Of a stretch of 64,000 bases of DNA, positions 41,258 through 50,683 are shown piece after piece. Each line of letters starts with the position of its first letter. Position 1 is the stretch's first letter. Under the pieces are notes generated by a model. That model ran no database searches. It saw nothing but the letters and a program-made list of their open reading frames with translations, and was not told the origin of the DNA. Source of the stretch: Candidatus Nomurabacteria bacterium (GTDB lineage: Bacteria; Patescibacteriota; Minisyncoccia; Phycocordibacterales; UBA1006); contig JACKGA010000003.1 in NCBI GenBank assembly GCA_020632195.1, positions 3,832-67,831 of the forward strand. The letters run 5' to 3'. The translations under genes were made by a program, and so were the position numbers.

Positions 41258-42505
41258 CTATACGAATTCAACTCGTGGCAACAATCGCATGCGACATAGG
41301 ACGATTTTAACTATAACCAAGAGAATCAATAGCACCCAACCTGGGCGAATAGGCCATGCATTGCGAGCAATATTCCATCGACTCTGATAATTAATACTGA
41401 GATTACCCTCAACCGTTTCGACATCATCTAGCAATGTCTGCTGGGCATCTTCGTTATCGGCAAGTTCGCCGTGTGTGCCAGATACTCGATTAACAAGCAT
41501 AGTGTTTTCTTGTGCAAAATTTACCTTTTCCTGATTTCGAGCTTGGCGCAAGGTGGTGAGTTGTTGTTGATACTGGTCGATATATGAACGCAACTGAGTA
41601 TGTTCATTTGTTCCATCAGCAACCTCGATCAGGGTATCTCGCAATAATGCAATGCGGTCCTGTGCGCCAGCGATTTCTCGATCAAGGCGCGCAATACGTT
41701 GTGAAGAGGTATTTTCAAGATACTCCTGAGAATCAAGAAGCGAGGCAAGATTTTTTATAATTTGCTGTTCTTCTTGTTCGAGTGCTATTTTTTGGTCCAG
41801 CATATTCTGTCCAGAAATTTTTTCTGTATACAATTTGGGGTGAGCAAGCTCGGCAATATCGTCCCGAAAATCTTCAAAACGTGATTTTGGGAGAATAAAA
41901 GAAACATATCCATATTTATTATCACTATTAAACGAATCAATACGACCGCCTAGCCTCCTAATGATGTCCATGGCCTCTTCGGTCATATATGTAACTTTTC
42001 GTGTTTTGATATTCCCATTGTAGCTGATTTTAATAAATTCTCGATTATCTGTGACATTGTTCTCTAAAAAATTTGGCGTATCGAACATCCTGCCTGGCGT
42101 ACGGAAAACACCGGACCCTCCAACATACATTGCTGAAGAAGAATCGATAGTACCGCCTATACCAACGCCCATAGTAGAACCAAGAAGTGAAATACCCAAG
42201 ACAAAGACGACAATAAGTATGAGGCTTATAAGATTACCAAAAAAACGTCGGCGGGGTTTTTTCTTTTCCTCGCCCTGACGTTCTTTCATACGCACAGCAT
42301 TGACGATCAATGACACGCAGGCAATCAATCCTGCTAAAATAGCAGTGGCTGGTAACAGGCTACGCAGTATGTTCATTGTTGAGTATATATCACCCCTAGC
42401 AGCAAACACAATCAGCCCCACTACGACGATGACAATAAGCCAGGCAAGAAAGATTATTGGCGCCGACAAGGCAATACGAATAACGGGTCGTTCTTTTTTC
42501 ATCAT
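41258..42505 (-). CDS. Membrane-anchored coiled-coil protein (possibly DUF4349-like)
   Basis: N-terminal TM helices, central alpha/beta region, long Q/E/L-rich coiled coil, C-terminal TM. Confidence 0.5.
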   Translation of the reverse strand: MMKKERPVIRIALSAPIIFLAWLIVIVVVGLIVFAARGDIYSTMNILRSLLPATAILAGLIACVSLIVNAVRMKERQGEEKKKPRRRFFGNLISLILIVVFVLGISLLGSTMGVGIGGTIDSSSAMYVGGSGVFRTPGRMFDTPNFLENNVTDNREFIKISYNGNIKTRKVTYMTEEAMDIIRRLGGRIDSFNSDNKYGYVSFILPKSRFEDFRDDIAELAHPKLYTEKISGQNMLDQKIALEQEEQQIIKNLASLLDSQEYLENTSSQRIARLDREIAGAQDRIALLRDTLIEVADGTNEHTQLRSYIDQYQQQLTTLRQARNQEKVNFAQENTMLVNRVSGTHGELADNEDAQQTLLDDVETVEGNLSINYQSRWNIARNAWPIRPGWVLLILLVIVKIVLCRMRLLPRVEFV

Positions 42506-42631
42506 ATTTAAAAGATATATTACGTTGCTAATATGAATTATATTGTAACACAAACCCCCGAACCAAAGTCGAGGGTTTGTTTAAATAAATATTCTCTAGA
42601 GCTTCAATAAAACCACGTGACTCGAGTGGAG

Positions 42632-43000
42632 CTATTTGTTTCTTTGGTTAGTGCCATACTTGTTGTCAGTAGATTGGCTTTTTTCTAGAGCAAAAATGAT
42701 TAAGACAAGACTACCGATCAAAGGTATAAAGTTTACAAGAACCCATATCCCACTACGCCCAGTGTCGTGAAGACGTCGTATGAGAAGAGTAAAGTGGACT
42801 ACAATGAGAACCATAACATACAAACCTGCTAATCCCCCCAAAATAATAGCCGCATTACTATTTTCTGGAACAGCTAAAGAAACTAAGCCAATAAGACCTA
42901 TAGTGATAGCTGCAAAAAGAATAAAAAACCAATACTCCGAACGTGATGCGCGACCCTTTATAAGAAAAATATTCTTGAAAGCTTTCAGAAAAAATATCAT
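42632..43000 (-). CDS. DUF805-family membrane protein
   Basis: GRASRSEYWFF and RRLHDTGRSGIW signatures. Confidence 0.8.
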   Translation of the reverse strand: MIFFLKAFKNIFLIKGRASRSEYWFFILFAAITIGLIGLVSLAVPENSNAAIILGGLAGLYVMVLIVVHFTLLIRRLHDTGRSGIWVLVNFIPLIGSLVLIIFALEKSQSTDNKYGTNQRNK

Positions 43001-43044
43001 GTTTAATCTAATCTAAAAAATCGAATCTTTAAATACTCTGTATG

Positions 43045-44328
43045 TTAGTACTGCCGCATCGAAACCTGTGCATCCATTTTCTTAACCAGATCAATAACAA
43101 CAGCCACAACAATCAAAAGACTTGTCCCACCGATAGCAAATGATTGCACACCTGTGATTGACTGGATAATGATAGGGATTACCGCAATCACTCCGAGGAA
43201 GAGTGCTCCGACAAACGTAATACGATTAGCAATAGTCGAAATATAGTCAGTCGTTGCTTTTCCTGGACGTACGCCTGGGATAAAGGCTCCTGATTTTTGG
43301 AGATTTTCTGCCATCGATTCCGGTTCAAAAGTAATAGCGGTATAGAAATAGGTAAAGACAAAGACAAGAATAAAATACACAATCGGGTAGAACCATCCAT
43401 TTGAGAGCAATTGATTGATGAACTGACCGACATTTTGCAGACCAACTGAAGTGCCATTCATGAAGAAGTTTGCCAACATCTGTGGGAAAAGAAGGATAGA
43501 AAGTGCAAAAATGATCGGCATCACACCAGCCATGTTGATACGCAATGGAATGTAAGTAGAGGTTCCGCCGTAGGTCTTGCCACCGCGAGATTGTTTTGCA
43601 TATACCACGGGGACGGGTCGTTCGGCTTCTGTCACAGCAACAATTCCCGCAATAATAATAAACGCAAGTACAACAAAACCAAGATACAGCGGTAATTGTG
43701 ATGGATCATAATTGGCAATAAGCTGTGCAATTGAATTAGGCAGAATCGCCACAATACCCGCAAAGATAAGCAAAGATACCCCATTAGAAATTCCAAATTC
43801 TGAGATAAGTTCACCAAGCCATGTTACGAGCAATGCTCCAGCGATGATAATTATCATATTTACAATAGTCCCTGTAATCCCAAGGCTAGTTATGATTCCC
43901 TGCTGAGTCAAAAGCAAAAGAAGTCCAAAACCTTGAATGGCTGCAATAGGAACCGTAAGGTAGCGCGAGATTTGAGAAAACTTTTTGCGACCAGCTTCAC
44001 CTTCATGGTGATACATCTCTTTGAGGTTCGGTACCATCACTGTCAAAAGCTGCATAATAATAGATGCAGTAATATATGGTCCAACTCCCAACATCACAAT
44101 AGAAAGCTGTGAAAGAGCTCCTCCAGAAAAAATATTCAAAAGTCCAAAAAATTGATTACCTCCTACAAATCCAGCAAGCGCTCCGTGGTCGACACCCGGA
44201 ATAGGAATCGTCGAAAGCAGACGGAATACTGCAAAAATTGCCAAAACAAAGAGCACCCGCTTACGCAAAGATGGGTCGCGGAAGAGGATGCTTACTTTGT
44301 TGAAAAATGCTTGTAACATAGATTTCAA
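43045..44328 (-). CDS. secY: Preprotein translocase subunit SecY
   Basis: 10-TM SecY layout; LGVGPYITASIIMQLL; follows rplO. Confidence 0.95.
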   Translation of the reverse strand: MKSMLQAFFNKVSILFRDPSLRKRVLFVLAIFAVFRLLSTIPIPGVDHGALAGFVGGNQFFGLLNIFSGGALSQLSIVMLGVGPYITASIIMQLLTVMVPNLKEMYHHEGEAGRKKFSQISRYLTVPIAAIQGFGLLLLLTQQGIITSLGITGTIVNMIIIIAGALLVTWLGELISEFGISNGVSLLIFAGIVAILPNSIAQLIANYDPSQLPLYLGFVVLAFIIIAGIVAVTEAERPVPVVYAKQSRGGKTYGGTSTYIPLRINMAGVMPIIFALSILLFPQMLANFFMNGTSVGLQNVGQFINQLLSNGWFYPIVYFILVFVFTYFYTAITFEPESMAENLQKSGAFIPGVRPGKATTDYISTIANRITFVGALFLGVIAVIPIIIQSITGVQSFAIGGTSLLIVVAVVIDLVKKMDAQVSMRQY

Positions 44329-44368
44329 AATGAGTGCTTCAGCGAAGCAAGGTGTTTACGAAATAAAA

Positions 44369-44806
44369 CTAAGAAAGTGAACCACCAGCCTTGGTAATCT
44401 TTTCAGCAGCTGTCTTTGAAGCGGTAATTCCCTGGATTGCAAACTTTTTAGTAAGATCTCCATGCCCCAAAAGCTTGATACCGTTGCGATTCACCGCACC
44501 TGCAGATACCAAACCTTTTTCAATGAGTGTATCTGGCGTAATAGTTGCACCTGTATCAAAAAGTGATTCAAGAGTTGCAAGATTGATAGCAAGCGTATTA
44601 GGCTTATGTACCACAGTACGAGCACGATTCTTACCATGACCACGAAGCTTTGGAATCTTCTTGATCAAATCACGCATCTCCGGACGAATACCATGACCAC
44701 CGTGTTGCTTCTGACCTTTGTGTCCACGACCTGATGTCTTCCCTCGTTTACCGCCACGACCGACACGCTTTTTTGATGTATTTGTTGATGAAAGTGAGTG
44801 TAACAT
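44369..44806 (-). CDS. rplO: 50S ribosomal protein L15
   Basis: KKRVGRGGKRGKTSGRGHKGQ. Confidence 0.95.
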   Translation of the reverse strand: MLHSLSSTNTSKKRVGRGGKRGKTSGRGHKGQKQHGGHGIRPEMRDLIKKIPKLRGHGKNRARTVVHKPNTLAINLATLESLFDTGATITPDTLIEKGLVSAGAVNRNGIKLLGHGDLTKKFAIQGITASKTAAEKITKAGGSLS

Positions 44807-44814
44807 AGGCAGAA

Positions 44815-45492
44815 TTATGATTTTTTAGTATCACGACCAGACGTGGCAGGCTTTTTAGTCTCTTGCTTTTTTTGAGCTGCGGCACCACGTGCTACGACAA
44901 ATGGCTCAAGCGCCTTCATTGCAGCTTTGGCGTTGTTGAGCTGATTACGAGAACGTGAGAGTACGCGAGAAGTGACATCCTTGATACCAGCAAATTCAAG
45001 AACCGTACGCACTGATGAACCAGAAACCAACCCGCGACCAAAATTAGGGCTTAATTCTACGCGTGCTGCTTTGTATTTCGCAGAAACGCTGTAAGGAAGT
45101 GAAAAATCATCAGTAAGTTGGATTTTTATAAGATTTTGCTTTGCAATATTGACCGCTTTCTGAATAGCCTGTGATGTATCATTTGCCTTGGCAAGACCAA
45201 ACCCAACACGCCCACGCTTATCACCGATAACCATACCTACCGAAAAAGAGAAACGACGACCTCCCGCCATGACACGAGTCACACGACGCAAAGAGATAAT
45301 CTTTTGTTCAAATTCAGGCTGTACACGTTCGCGTGTACGACGTGGTGCTTTTGAACGAAAATTGCGTTTGGTGGCACGACGTGGGGTATTTTGTTGACCC
45401 TCTTTTGGCGTGTTCTCAACAGGAGCAGAAGTTTTGTGAGCTTCTGAAGACTGTTGTTCGGTATGAGTTTGTGCTTGTGTTTCGTCTGACAT
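44815..45492 (-). CDS. rpsE: 30S ribosomal protein S5 with ~60-aa N-terminal extension
   Basis: LRRVTRVMAGGRRFSF...VGFGLAKA core; 8 nt from rplO with no rpmD between. Confidence 0.95.
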   Translation of the reverse strand: MSDETQAQTHTEQQSSEAHKTSAPVENTPKEGQQNTPRRATKRNFRSKAPRRTRERVQPEFEQKIISLRRVTRVMAGGRRFSFSVGMVIGDKRGRVGFGLAKANDTSQAIQKAVNIAKQNLIKIQLTDDFSLPYSVSAKYKAARVELSPNFGRGLVSGSSVRTVLEFAGIKDVTSRVLSRSRNQLNNAKAAMKALEPFVVARGAAAQKKQETKKPATSGRDTKKS

Positions 45493-45528
45493 AATCCAAG
45501 TAATAATGAGTAATCTATCGTGAGTATC

Positions 45529-45882
45529 TTAAAATTGCAATCCTGCCTCGCGAGCAGCATCAGCCAGTGCCTGTACGCGACCTGTAAAAATAAATCCACC
45601 GCGATCAAAAACTACACTCGTGATGTTTGCTTTTTGAGCAAGTTCAGCGATGTTTTTCCCCACAGCTTGAGCACGTTCGATTTTGGTGCCGGTAGTTGAT
45701 TTTACATCATTCGCAGCAGCGAGTGTTGTACCTGTCGTGTCATCAATAAGTTGCGCATAGATAAACTTATTTGAACGAAAAACCGCAAGACGAGGGCGCT
45801 CTGAAGTGCCAGCTACACGTGAACGAATACGGGCATGACGTCGAAGGCGTTGTATGATTTTGTTATCAGTAGCTTGTGACAT
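45529..45882 (-). CDS. rplR: 50S ribosomal protein L18
   Basis: [34 protein letters not shown]. Confidence 0.95.
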   Translation of the reverse strand: MSQATDNKIIQRLRRHARIRSRVAGTSERPRLAVFRSNKFIYAQLIDDTTGTTLAAANDVKSTTGTKIERAQAVGKNIAELAQKANITSVVFDRGGFIFTGRVQALADAAREAGLQF

Positions 45883-45905
45883 ACACAAATAAAATTCTTA
45901 AAAAA

Positions 45906-46442
45906 TTAAGCTGACTTCTTACCTTGTTTGCGACGAATATATTCACCTTGGTAGCGAATACCTTTTCCTTTATACGGTTCTGGTTTTTTCTTGGCGCGAA
46001 TGTCCGCAGCAAATGAACCAACCAACTCTTTATCAATACCTGCAATGGTAAGTTGTTGTTTTTCAGCCGTAGCCGTGATGCCTTCTGGAATAGCGATGAC
46101 AACAGGATGAGAAAAACCAGCTTGTATATGAATTTCACTTCCTTTTACTTCCCAACGAAATCCAACACCTTCGATTTCTAGTACTTTACTATATCCTTCT
46201 GTTACTCCCACAATCATATTGATAATATGTGAAGCATAGGTCCCCCAGAGGCCCTTGGTAAAGAGATCTTCTTTCTGTGGAGTAACGGTGATGGTTGCGC
46301 CATCAATAGTTATTGCTACGATATCAGTCTTGAAAGGGCGAGTAAGTTCCCCCTTTGATCCTTTGATCGTAAGCATGCCTCCATCAAGAGTTGCAGTAAC
46401 GCCTGCTGGGATAGTGATAGGTTGTTTTCCAAGTCGACTCAT
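45906..46442 (-). CDS. rplF: 50S ribosomal protein L6
   Basis: MSRLGKQPITIPAGV...; two-domain L6 repeat. Confidence 0.95.
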   Translation of the reverse strand: MSRLGKQPITIPAGVTATLDGGMLTIKGSKGELTRPFKTDIVAITIDGATITVTPQKEDLFTKGLWGTYASHIINMIVGVTEGYSKVLEIEGVGFRWEVKGSEIHIQAGFSHPVVIAIPEGITATAEKQQLTIAGIDKELVGSFAADIRAKKKPEPYKGKGIRYQGEYIRRKQGKKSA

Positions 46443-46468
46443 ATTTGCGAAATGATTAAAAAAATAAA

Positions 46469-46867
46469 TTACCAGAGCTCGAAAAGCATTTCTCCACCGA
46501 CCTGTTCTTTGCGGGCTTGTTCTCCAGTCAAAATTCCTTTTGGTGTTGAGATAAAGATTTTCCCAAAACCATTTTTTACCGGACGAACATTCTTTGATGA
46601 TATATACATACGACGTGATGGTTTCGACACACGCTTTATCGTTGAAATTTTCGAATTCCCATTTGCCTGGTAAGCCAAAGTGACTTCCAACATATCGGCA
46701 CCGCGATTACGATCACGCTTCTGATAGCCAGCAATAAAACCAGCATCAAGCAGAGCCTTGGCAATGGCAACCTTGTGGTTTGAAAAAGGAACGAGCACAC
46801 TCTCTTTGTGAGCTATGCCACCATTTTTGATTGTGTTGAGCATGTTTGCAATAACATCCATAAGCAT
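46469..46867 (-). CDS. rpsH: 30S ribosomal protein S8
   Basis: [13 protein letters not shown]...; C-terminal GGEMLFELW. Confidence 0.95.
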   Translation of the reverse strand: MLMDVIANMLNTIKNGGIAHKESVLVPFSNHKVAIAKALLDAGFIAGYQKRDRNRGADMLEVTLAYQANGNSKISTIKRVSKPSRRMYISSKNVRPVKNGFGKIFISTPKGILTGEQARKEQVGGEMLFELW

Positions 46868-46869
46868 TT

Positions 46870-47055
46870 TTACCAGCTTGATTTGCGAACTCCTGGGATT
46901 TTTCCCTCATTCGCAAGGGCACGGAAACAAATACGGCACAATCCAAAATCACGCATATACGCACGTGGTCGCCCGCAACGGAAACAACGATTTACTTGAC
47001 GTGTAGAAAATTTTGGTTTTTTTCGCGAAGCTGCGATTAATGATTTTTTTGCCAT
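46870..47055 (-). CDS. rpsZ: 30S ribosomal protein S14 type Z (zinc-ribbon form)
   Basis: 61 aa; [22 protein letters not shown] (CxxC...CxxC). Confidence 0.95.
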   Translation of the reverse strand: MAKKSLIAASRKKPKFSTRQVNRCFRCGRPRAYMRDFGLCRICFRALANEGKIPGVRKSSW

Positions 47056-47276
47056 ATATTTATTTAAAAAATAATAGAACCTTTGTACTCAAGACATGCT
47101 ACTCGTGTGATATCTCGTATAGCTAGGATAAAGAGGTGAGTTGATACTCAGATATTTATCAAGATATACGGATCATAGACGAGCCGTCTTTTGAAAGGTA
47201 CGCGGGCATACTATACGAGTACAAAAAAAAGTCAAGTGAAGAGTTATTTTTTAATAACATACGAATACATTGAACC

Positions 47277-47311
47277 AAAAAAAGCCCTAACGTATACGCT
47301 AGGGCTTTTTA
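47277..47311 (-). terminator. Intrinsic terminator of the T9SS-CTD gene
   Basis: aaaaaaagcccta-n10-tagggcttttt. Confidence 0.7.
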
Positions 47312-47325
47312 TATTCAGTAAAAAT

Positions 47326-49119
47326 CTACTGAATAATAATTTTTTGGGATCCTCCTTGGTTCCCGATTTGTATAAAATAAATACCAGGATCTATTTCAAG
47401 GTTTAGATAATTTTTTCCTTTAGCAATTATCTGTTGCCAGACAATTCTTCCAGATACATCACACACCTTTATCTCTTCAGCATTCTCTACTTCTATAATT
47501 CCCTGACCATTTAGTAATGGATTTGGATACACAGAGAAGGCTACGTCAGAAATATTTTGTATTCCCGTAGGAGTGCCAACTTGATATCGATTTGACGATA
47601 TCTTGTTTGCACCACATGGGCCAAGATACGTCACAGCAACGCCTACTACACGCATATATATCGCCCCATTGAAATGATCAGTGGTTTGAATATTCATATT
47701 TGTATTGCCATCAATCAGGGTTGATTGCTGGGCAAGCAGCGGGGTTGTACCAATCGAATCCTGATTCGCATCCTCAAGGACTACATATAAATTGTATATA
47801 ACGCTATCTACATCGTAGTAGCGCAATACAATATTATGCGTCCCATTTTGAATGGTCACGAACTGATCGTCAAGCATAAACTCAGGACCGGAATACTCAC
47901 CAAGATAGACATGGTCCTCTTGGTCGTAATCATAACTTCCTAATGAATCAGTTATTGACACATTTACACTGATCTCTCCATGTCCCGTATATTGAACATA
48001 GATAGTATCAGTACCGTGACCGACAGCAATGGTAGCATCTGGCGTAGCTGAGCATCCAGTAGATGCCACATTCACTGCGTAATCAATAGAAGCTGAATAT
48101 TCTGTAGAATATGCAATTCCTATTTCCCCATTTCCATTGTTGAATATATCAATCCAATATGGAAGTGGTGGTGTAATTATGGGAGCTGGATCTGTCATAA
48201 AATCAAGACAACTGGTGTCCCCACCATATGACTGAGTATGTAATACAAAGCACACGGCATACTGAGTACTGTCTGATAGACCTGTTAAGAAATACCAAGC
48301 AGTGTCCCCGCTTGCAATAGCAGTCATACCAACCAATCCTCCGTTTACGTAACACTCCATGTTACCCATGGTAGAGCTTCCGAGGTCGCCAATAGCATAC
48401 ACGGTAGCGCTAGAATCGGTAATATTGATTATGCCGGTGTCCATGATGGTAGGTCCGATTATAGGAAGTGTTTTGAATTGAATAACACTTTCATCTACTC
48501 CAAGTCCTGTAATCTTTGCATGGGTAAATACCGTAGTATCTGCTAATGCATTTATTACGAAGTCCTGATACCCAATGCCAACAACAGGCACCGTAGTCGG
48601 ACTGCTATATGTTGGGGGACCATCATAATCCCACTCGAACAACAACCATGCTGGATCGAGGGTCGAGTAATATACTCGCACCGTCCCACCAAATTCAGAT
48701 GAATCCAACACTTGGATATTGGTTATCTGTGGCGGACCAGGATCCAATGGCGTAGTAAATGGCCATGGGGCAGAGGTGTCTGCGCCTACTGTATTATTCA
48801 CAGTAAGTGTAATTTCATACTGCGTATTTCCATTCAACCCAAGAGAACCAAATGATATGGTATCTTGAATTAAAAGGTAGGAGGCAGTATCAAAATAAAA
48901 TGTTGTCGAGGTCCATGCAATGGCACCTGTTGCAACATTTTTAATTTTAAATACTCCTGTTGTAGCAGTATCATTTCCCGTAGACATTTCAAACATAACA
49001 TCCAGACTATCTGGTGAATGAGAAATTACATGAGTAAACGATACTGATGGATCAACTATCTGTGTATGTGCACAAAAAATAGCCATCATTAAACTGAAGG
49101 TGAAGATAAATTTTTTCAT
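47326..49119 (-). CDS. Secreted multi-domain protein with T9SS type A C-terminal sorting domain (Por_Secre_tail-like)
   Basis: Signal peptide MKKFIFTFSLMMAIFCAHTQ; C-terminus VYPNP...VCDVSGRIVWQQ...IDPGIYFIQIGNQGGSQKIIIQ. Confidence 0.8.
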   Translation of the reverse strand: MKKFIFTFSLMMAIFCAHTQIVDPSVSFTHVISHSPDSLDVMFEMSTGNDTATTGVFKIKNVATGAIAWTSTTFYFDTASYLLIQDTISFGSLGLNGNTQYEITLTVNNTVGADTSAPWPFTTPLDPGPPQITNIQVLDSSEFGGTVRVYYSTLDPAWLLFEWDYDGPPTYSSPTTVPVVGIGYQDFVINALADTTVFTHAKITGLGVDESVIQFKTLPIIGPTIMDTGIINITDSSATVYAIGDLGSSTMGNMECYVNGGLVGMTAIASGDTAWYFLTGLSDSTQYAVCFVLHTQSYGGDTSCLDFMTDPAPIITPPLPYWIDIFNNGNGEIGIAYSTEYSASIDYAVNVASTGCSATPDATIAVGHGTDTIYVQYTGHGEISVNVSITDSLGSYDYDQEDHVYLGEYSGPEFMLDDQFVTIQNGTHNIVLRYYDVDSVIYNLYVVLEDANQDSIGTTPLLAQQSTLIDGNTNMNIQTTDHFNGAIYMRVVGVAVTYLGPCGANKISSNRYQVGTPTGIQNISDVAFSVYPNPLLNGQGIIEVENAEEIKVCDVSGRIVWQQIIAKGKNYLNLEIDPGIYFIQIGNQGGSQKIIIQ

Positions 49120-49221
49120 TTTATTTTAAATTTAAAGTTACAAAAAGTTCAAAAGATCCAGCCCATTGGCTTTCTCTTTATTTCATAATCTTTATACCAA
49201 AATAAAGTAGTTTGTCAAGGT

Positions 49222-49250
49222 TTTACTCTCATCGCCTACTGCGCTATGAT
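49222..49250 (+). promoter_or_regulatory. Sigma70-like promoter of the DsbA-like gene
   Basis: TTTACT, 17-nt spacer, TATGAT; the ORF-track ATG at 49246 lies inside the -10 box, which favours the ATG at 49282. Confidence 0.4.
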
Positions 49251-49281
49251 GGAAGGTGTTATTTACTTAATCATATATTTT

Positions 49282-49983
49282 ATGGAACATACCACTACAC
49301 ACACTGCATGGCTCGATACTCCTAAGGCAATCCTGCTCGGGGCATTGATTATTGGACTTGGACTTGCCCTCGGACTCGGACTCGGCGGAGGAGAACGCGT
49401 GAAGAAAGAAAAAGTACGCATGTGGCAAGTTGATGCTGTCTTGAAAGAAAATAATATCAATAAAAGTGATTACCAAGCTTGTCTAGAAGATGGAGCGGCA
49501 GAAGCACGAGTGCAAGCTGATATGGATCGCGCTGTTGACCTAGGCATCACAGGGACACCAGGAAATCTTATCGTACATATTCCAACAGGACGAAGCGTAT
49601 TGCTCCCTGGAGCGTTGCCTTTAAATATCTTTAATCAAGCTATTGAAGCACTGCGCACAGGAGGAACTCTTGAGGGAATAGATATTATGCAGACGACTGC
49701 GACGGTTGATGAGGATGAGCATATTCTAGGAAATCCTGATGGAGACATTATGATATTTGAATATTCTGATTATGACTGTCCATTCTGCGTACGTGTCCAT
49801 GAGACACTTCACCAATTGATTCAGCAGGATACCTCTGTTGCTTGGGCGTATCGCCACTTCCCATTAACAGGACTCCATCCACAGGCTCTTCCTAAAGCTT
49901 TTGCCAGCGAGTGTATTGCCGAGCTTGGTGGAGAGGAAGCCTTCTGGTCATTCACTGATACAAACTTTGCTGGAAAACTCTAG
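49282..49983 (+). CDS. Membrane-anchored DsbA-like thiol:disulfide oxidoreductase with apparently permuted domain order
   Basis: TM anchor; then the DsbA C-terminal-type segment (LGITGTPGNLIV...GALPLNIF); then the N-terminal-type segment (ILGNPDGDIMIFEYSDYDCPFC...FW). Confidence 0.65.
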   Translation: MEHTTTHTAWLDTPKAILLGALIIGLGLALGLGLGGGERVKKEKVRMWQVDAVLKENNINKSDYQACLEDGAAEARVQADMDRAVDLGITGTPGNLIVHIPTGRSVLLPGALPLNIFNQAIEALRTGGTLEGIDIMQTTATVDEDEHILGNPDGDIMIFEYSDYDCPFCVRVHETLHQLIQQDTSVAWAYRHFPLTGLHPQALPKAFASECIAELGGEEAFWSFTDTNFAGKL

Positions 49984-50007
49984 AAAAAGAATATTGTGCT
50001 GAATATT

Positions 50008-50061
50008 AACACCCCGTGCCTCCTTTTTGAAAAATGAATCAAAGGTACGGGGTGTTTTTTG
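50008..50061 (+). terminator. Intrinsic terminator (long hairpin)
   Basis: aacaccccgt...acggggtgtttttt, with inner stem ccttt/aaagg. Confidence 0.7.
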
Positions 50062-50071
50062 TTTCTGAATT

Positions 50072-50081
50072 TGTGTATACT
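50072..50081 (+). promoter_or_regulatory. TGTGTATACT -10 element, 10 nt before the ATG
   Basis: tgtgtatact at 50072-50081; ATG at 50092. Confidence 0.45.
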
Positions 50082-50091
50082 CCTCTTACTT

Positions 50092-50631
50092 ATGCAAACG
50101 ATTAAAGAAATTTTTACCCAAAAAAAATATGTATTTCTTTTTTGGATAGTAGCGATATCTCTGCTCTATCTCCTGATCTGGCTTAATTCACTGCCCGTGA
50201 TTACTTCCTTTTTTGCGCTCGTGTCTGGATTTTGGAGTAAGGTAGCTTTTTTATTTTCACTCATTACAACGCTCGGAACTAATTTCACAGTATTTTCAAT
50301 CATAACGACATTGATTATTGTTCTTTTATTCTCTTTGAATATTACCATGATGGCATATTATATTCGATATCGCCGAACTCACTCGTCTCAAATTATTTTT
50401 GGTAAAGGATTTGCTGGATTTATCGCCGGACTTTTTGGTATGGGCTGTAGCGCCTGCGGGGCGGCAGTCTTAGGGCCACTTCTCGCTGCGCTTGGCGTGG
50501 GAGGGCTTCTGACTATTCTTCCTTTTCACGGACAAGAGTTTACTCTTATTGGAATTATCCTCTTAGTTATTTCTCTCTGGTCATTGAATAAAAAAATGAA
50601 GAATACGGTATGTGAAATAGAAGAAGCCTAG
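50092..50631 (+). CDS. Polytopic membrane protein with intramembrane CxxC (GMGCSACG), unclassified
   Basis: About 5 TM helices; CSAC inside a Gly-rich helix; one further Cys near the C-terminus (TVCEIEEA). Confidence 0.55.
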   Translation: MQTIKEIFTQKKYVFLFWIVAISLLYLLIWLNSLPVITSFFALVSGFWSKVAFLFSLITTLGTNFTVFSIITTLIIVLLFSLNITMMAYYIRYRRTHSSQIIFGKGFAGFIAGLFGMGCSACGAAVLGPLLAALGVGGLLTILPFHGQEFTLIGIILLVISLWSLNKKMKNTVCEIEEA

Positions 50632-50683
50632 CTAGCCTTTGGTATCTTGTATATTGTATAGCGTTTCTTTATACTCTTTCTAT

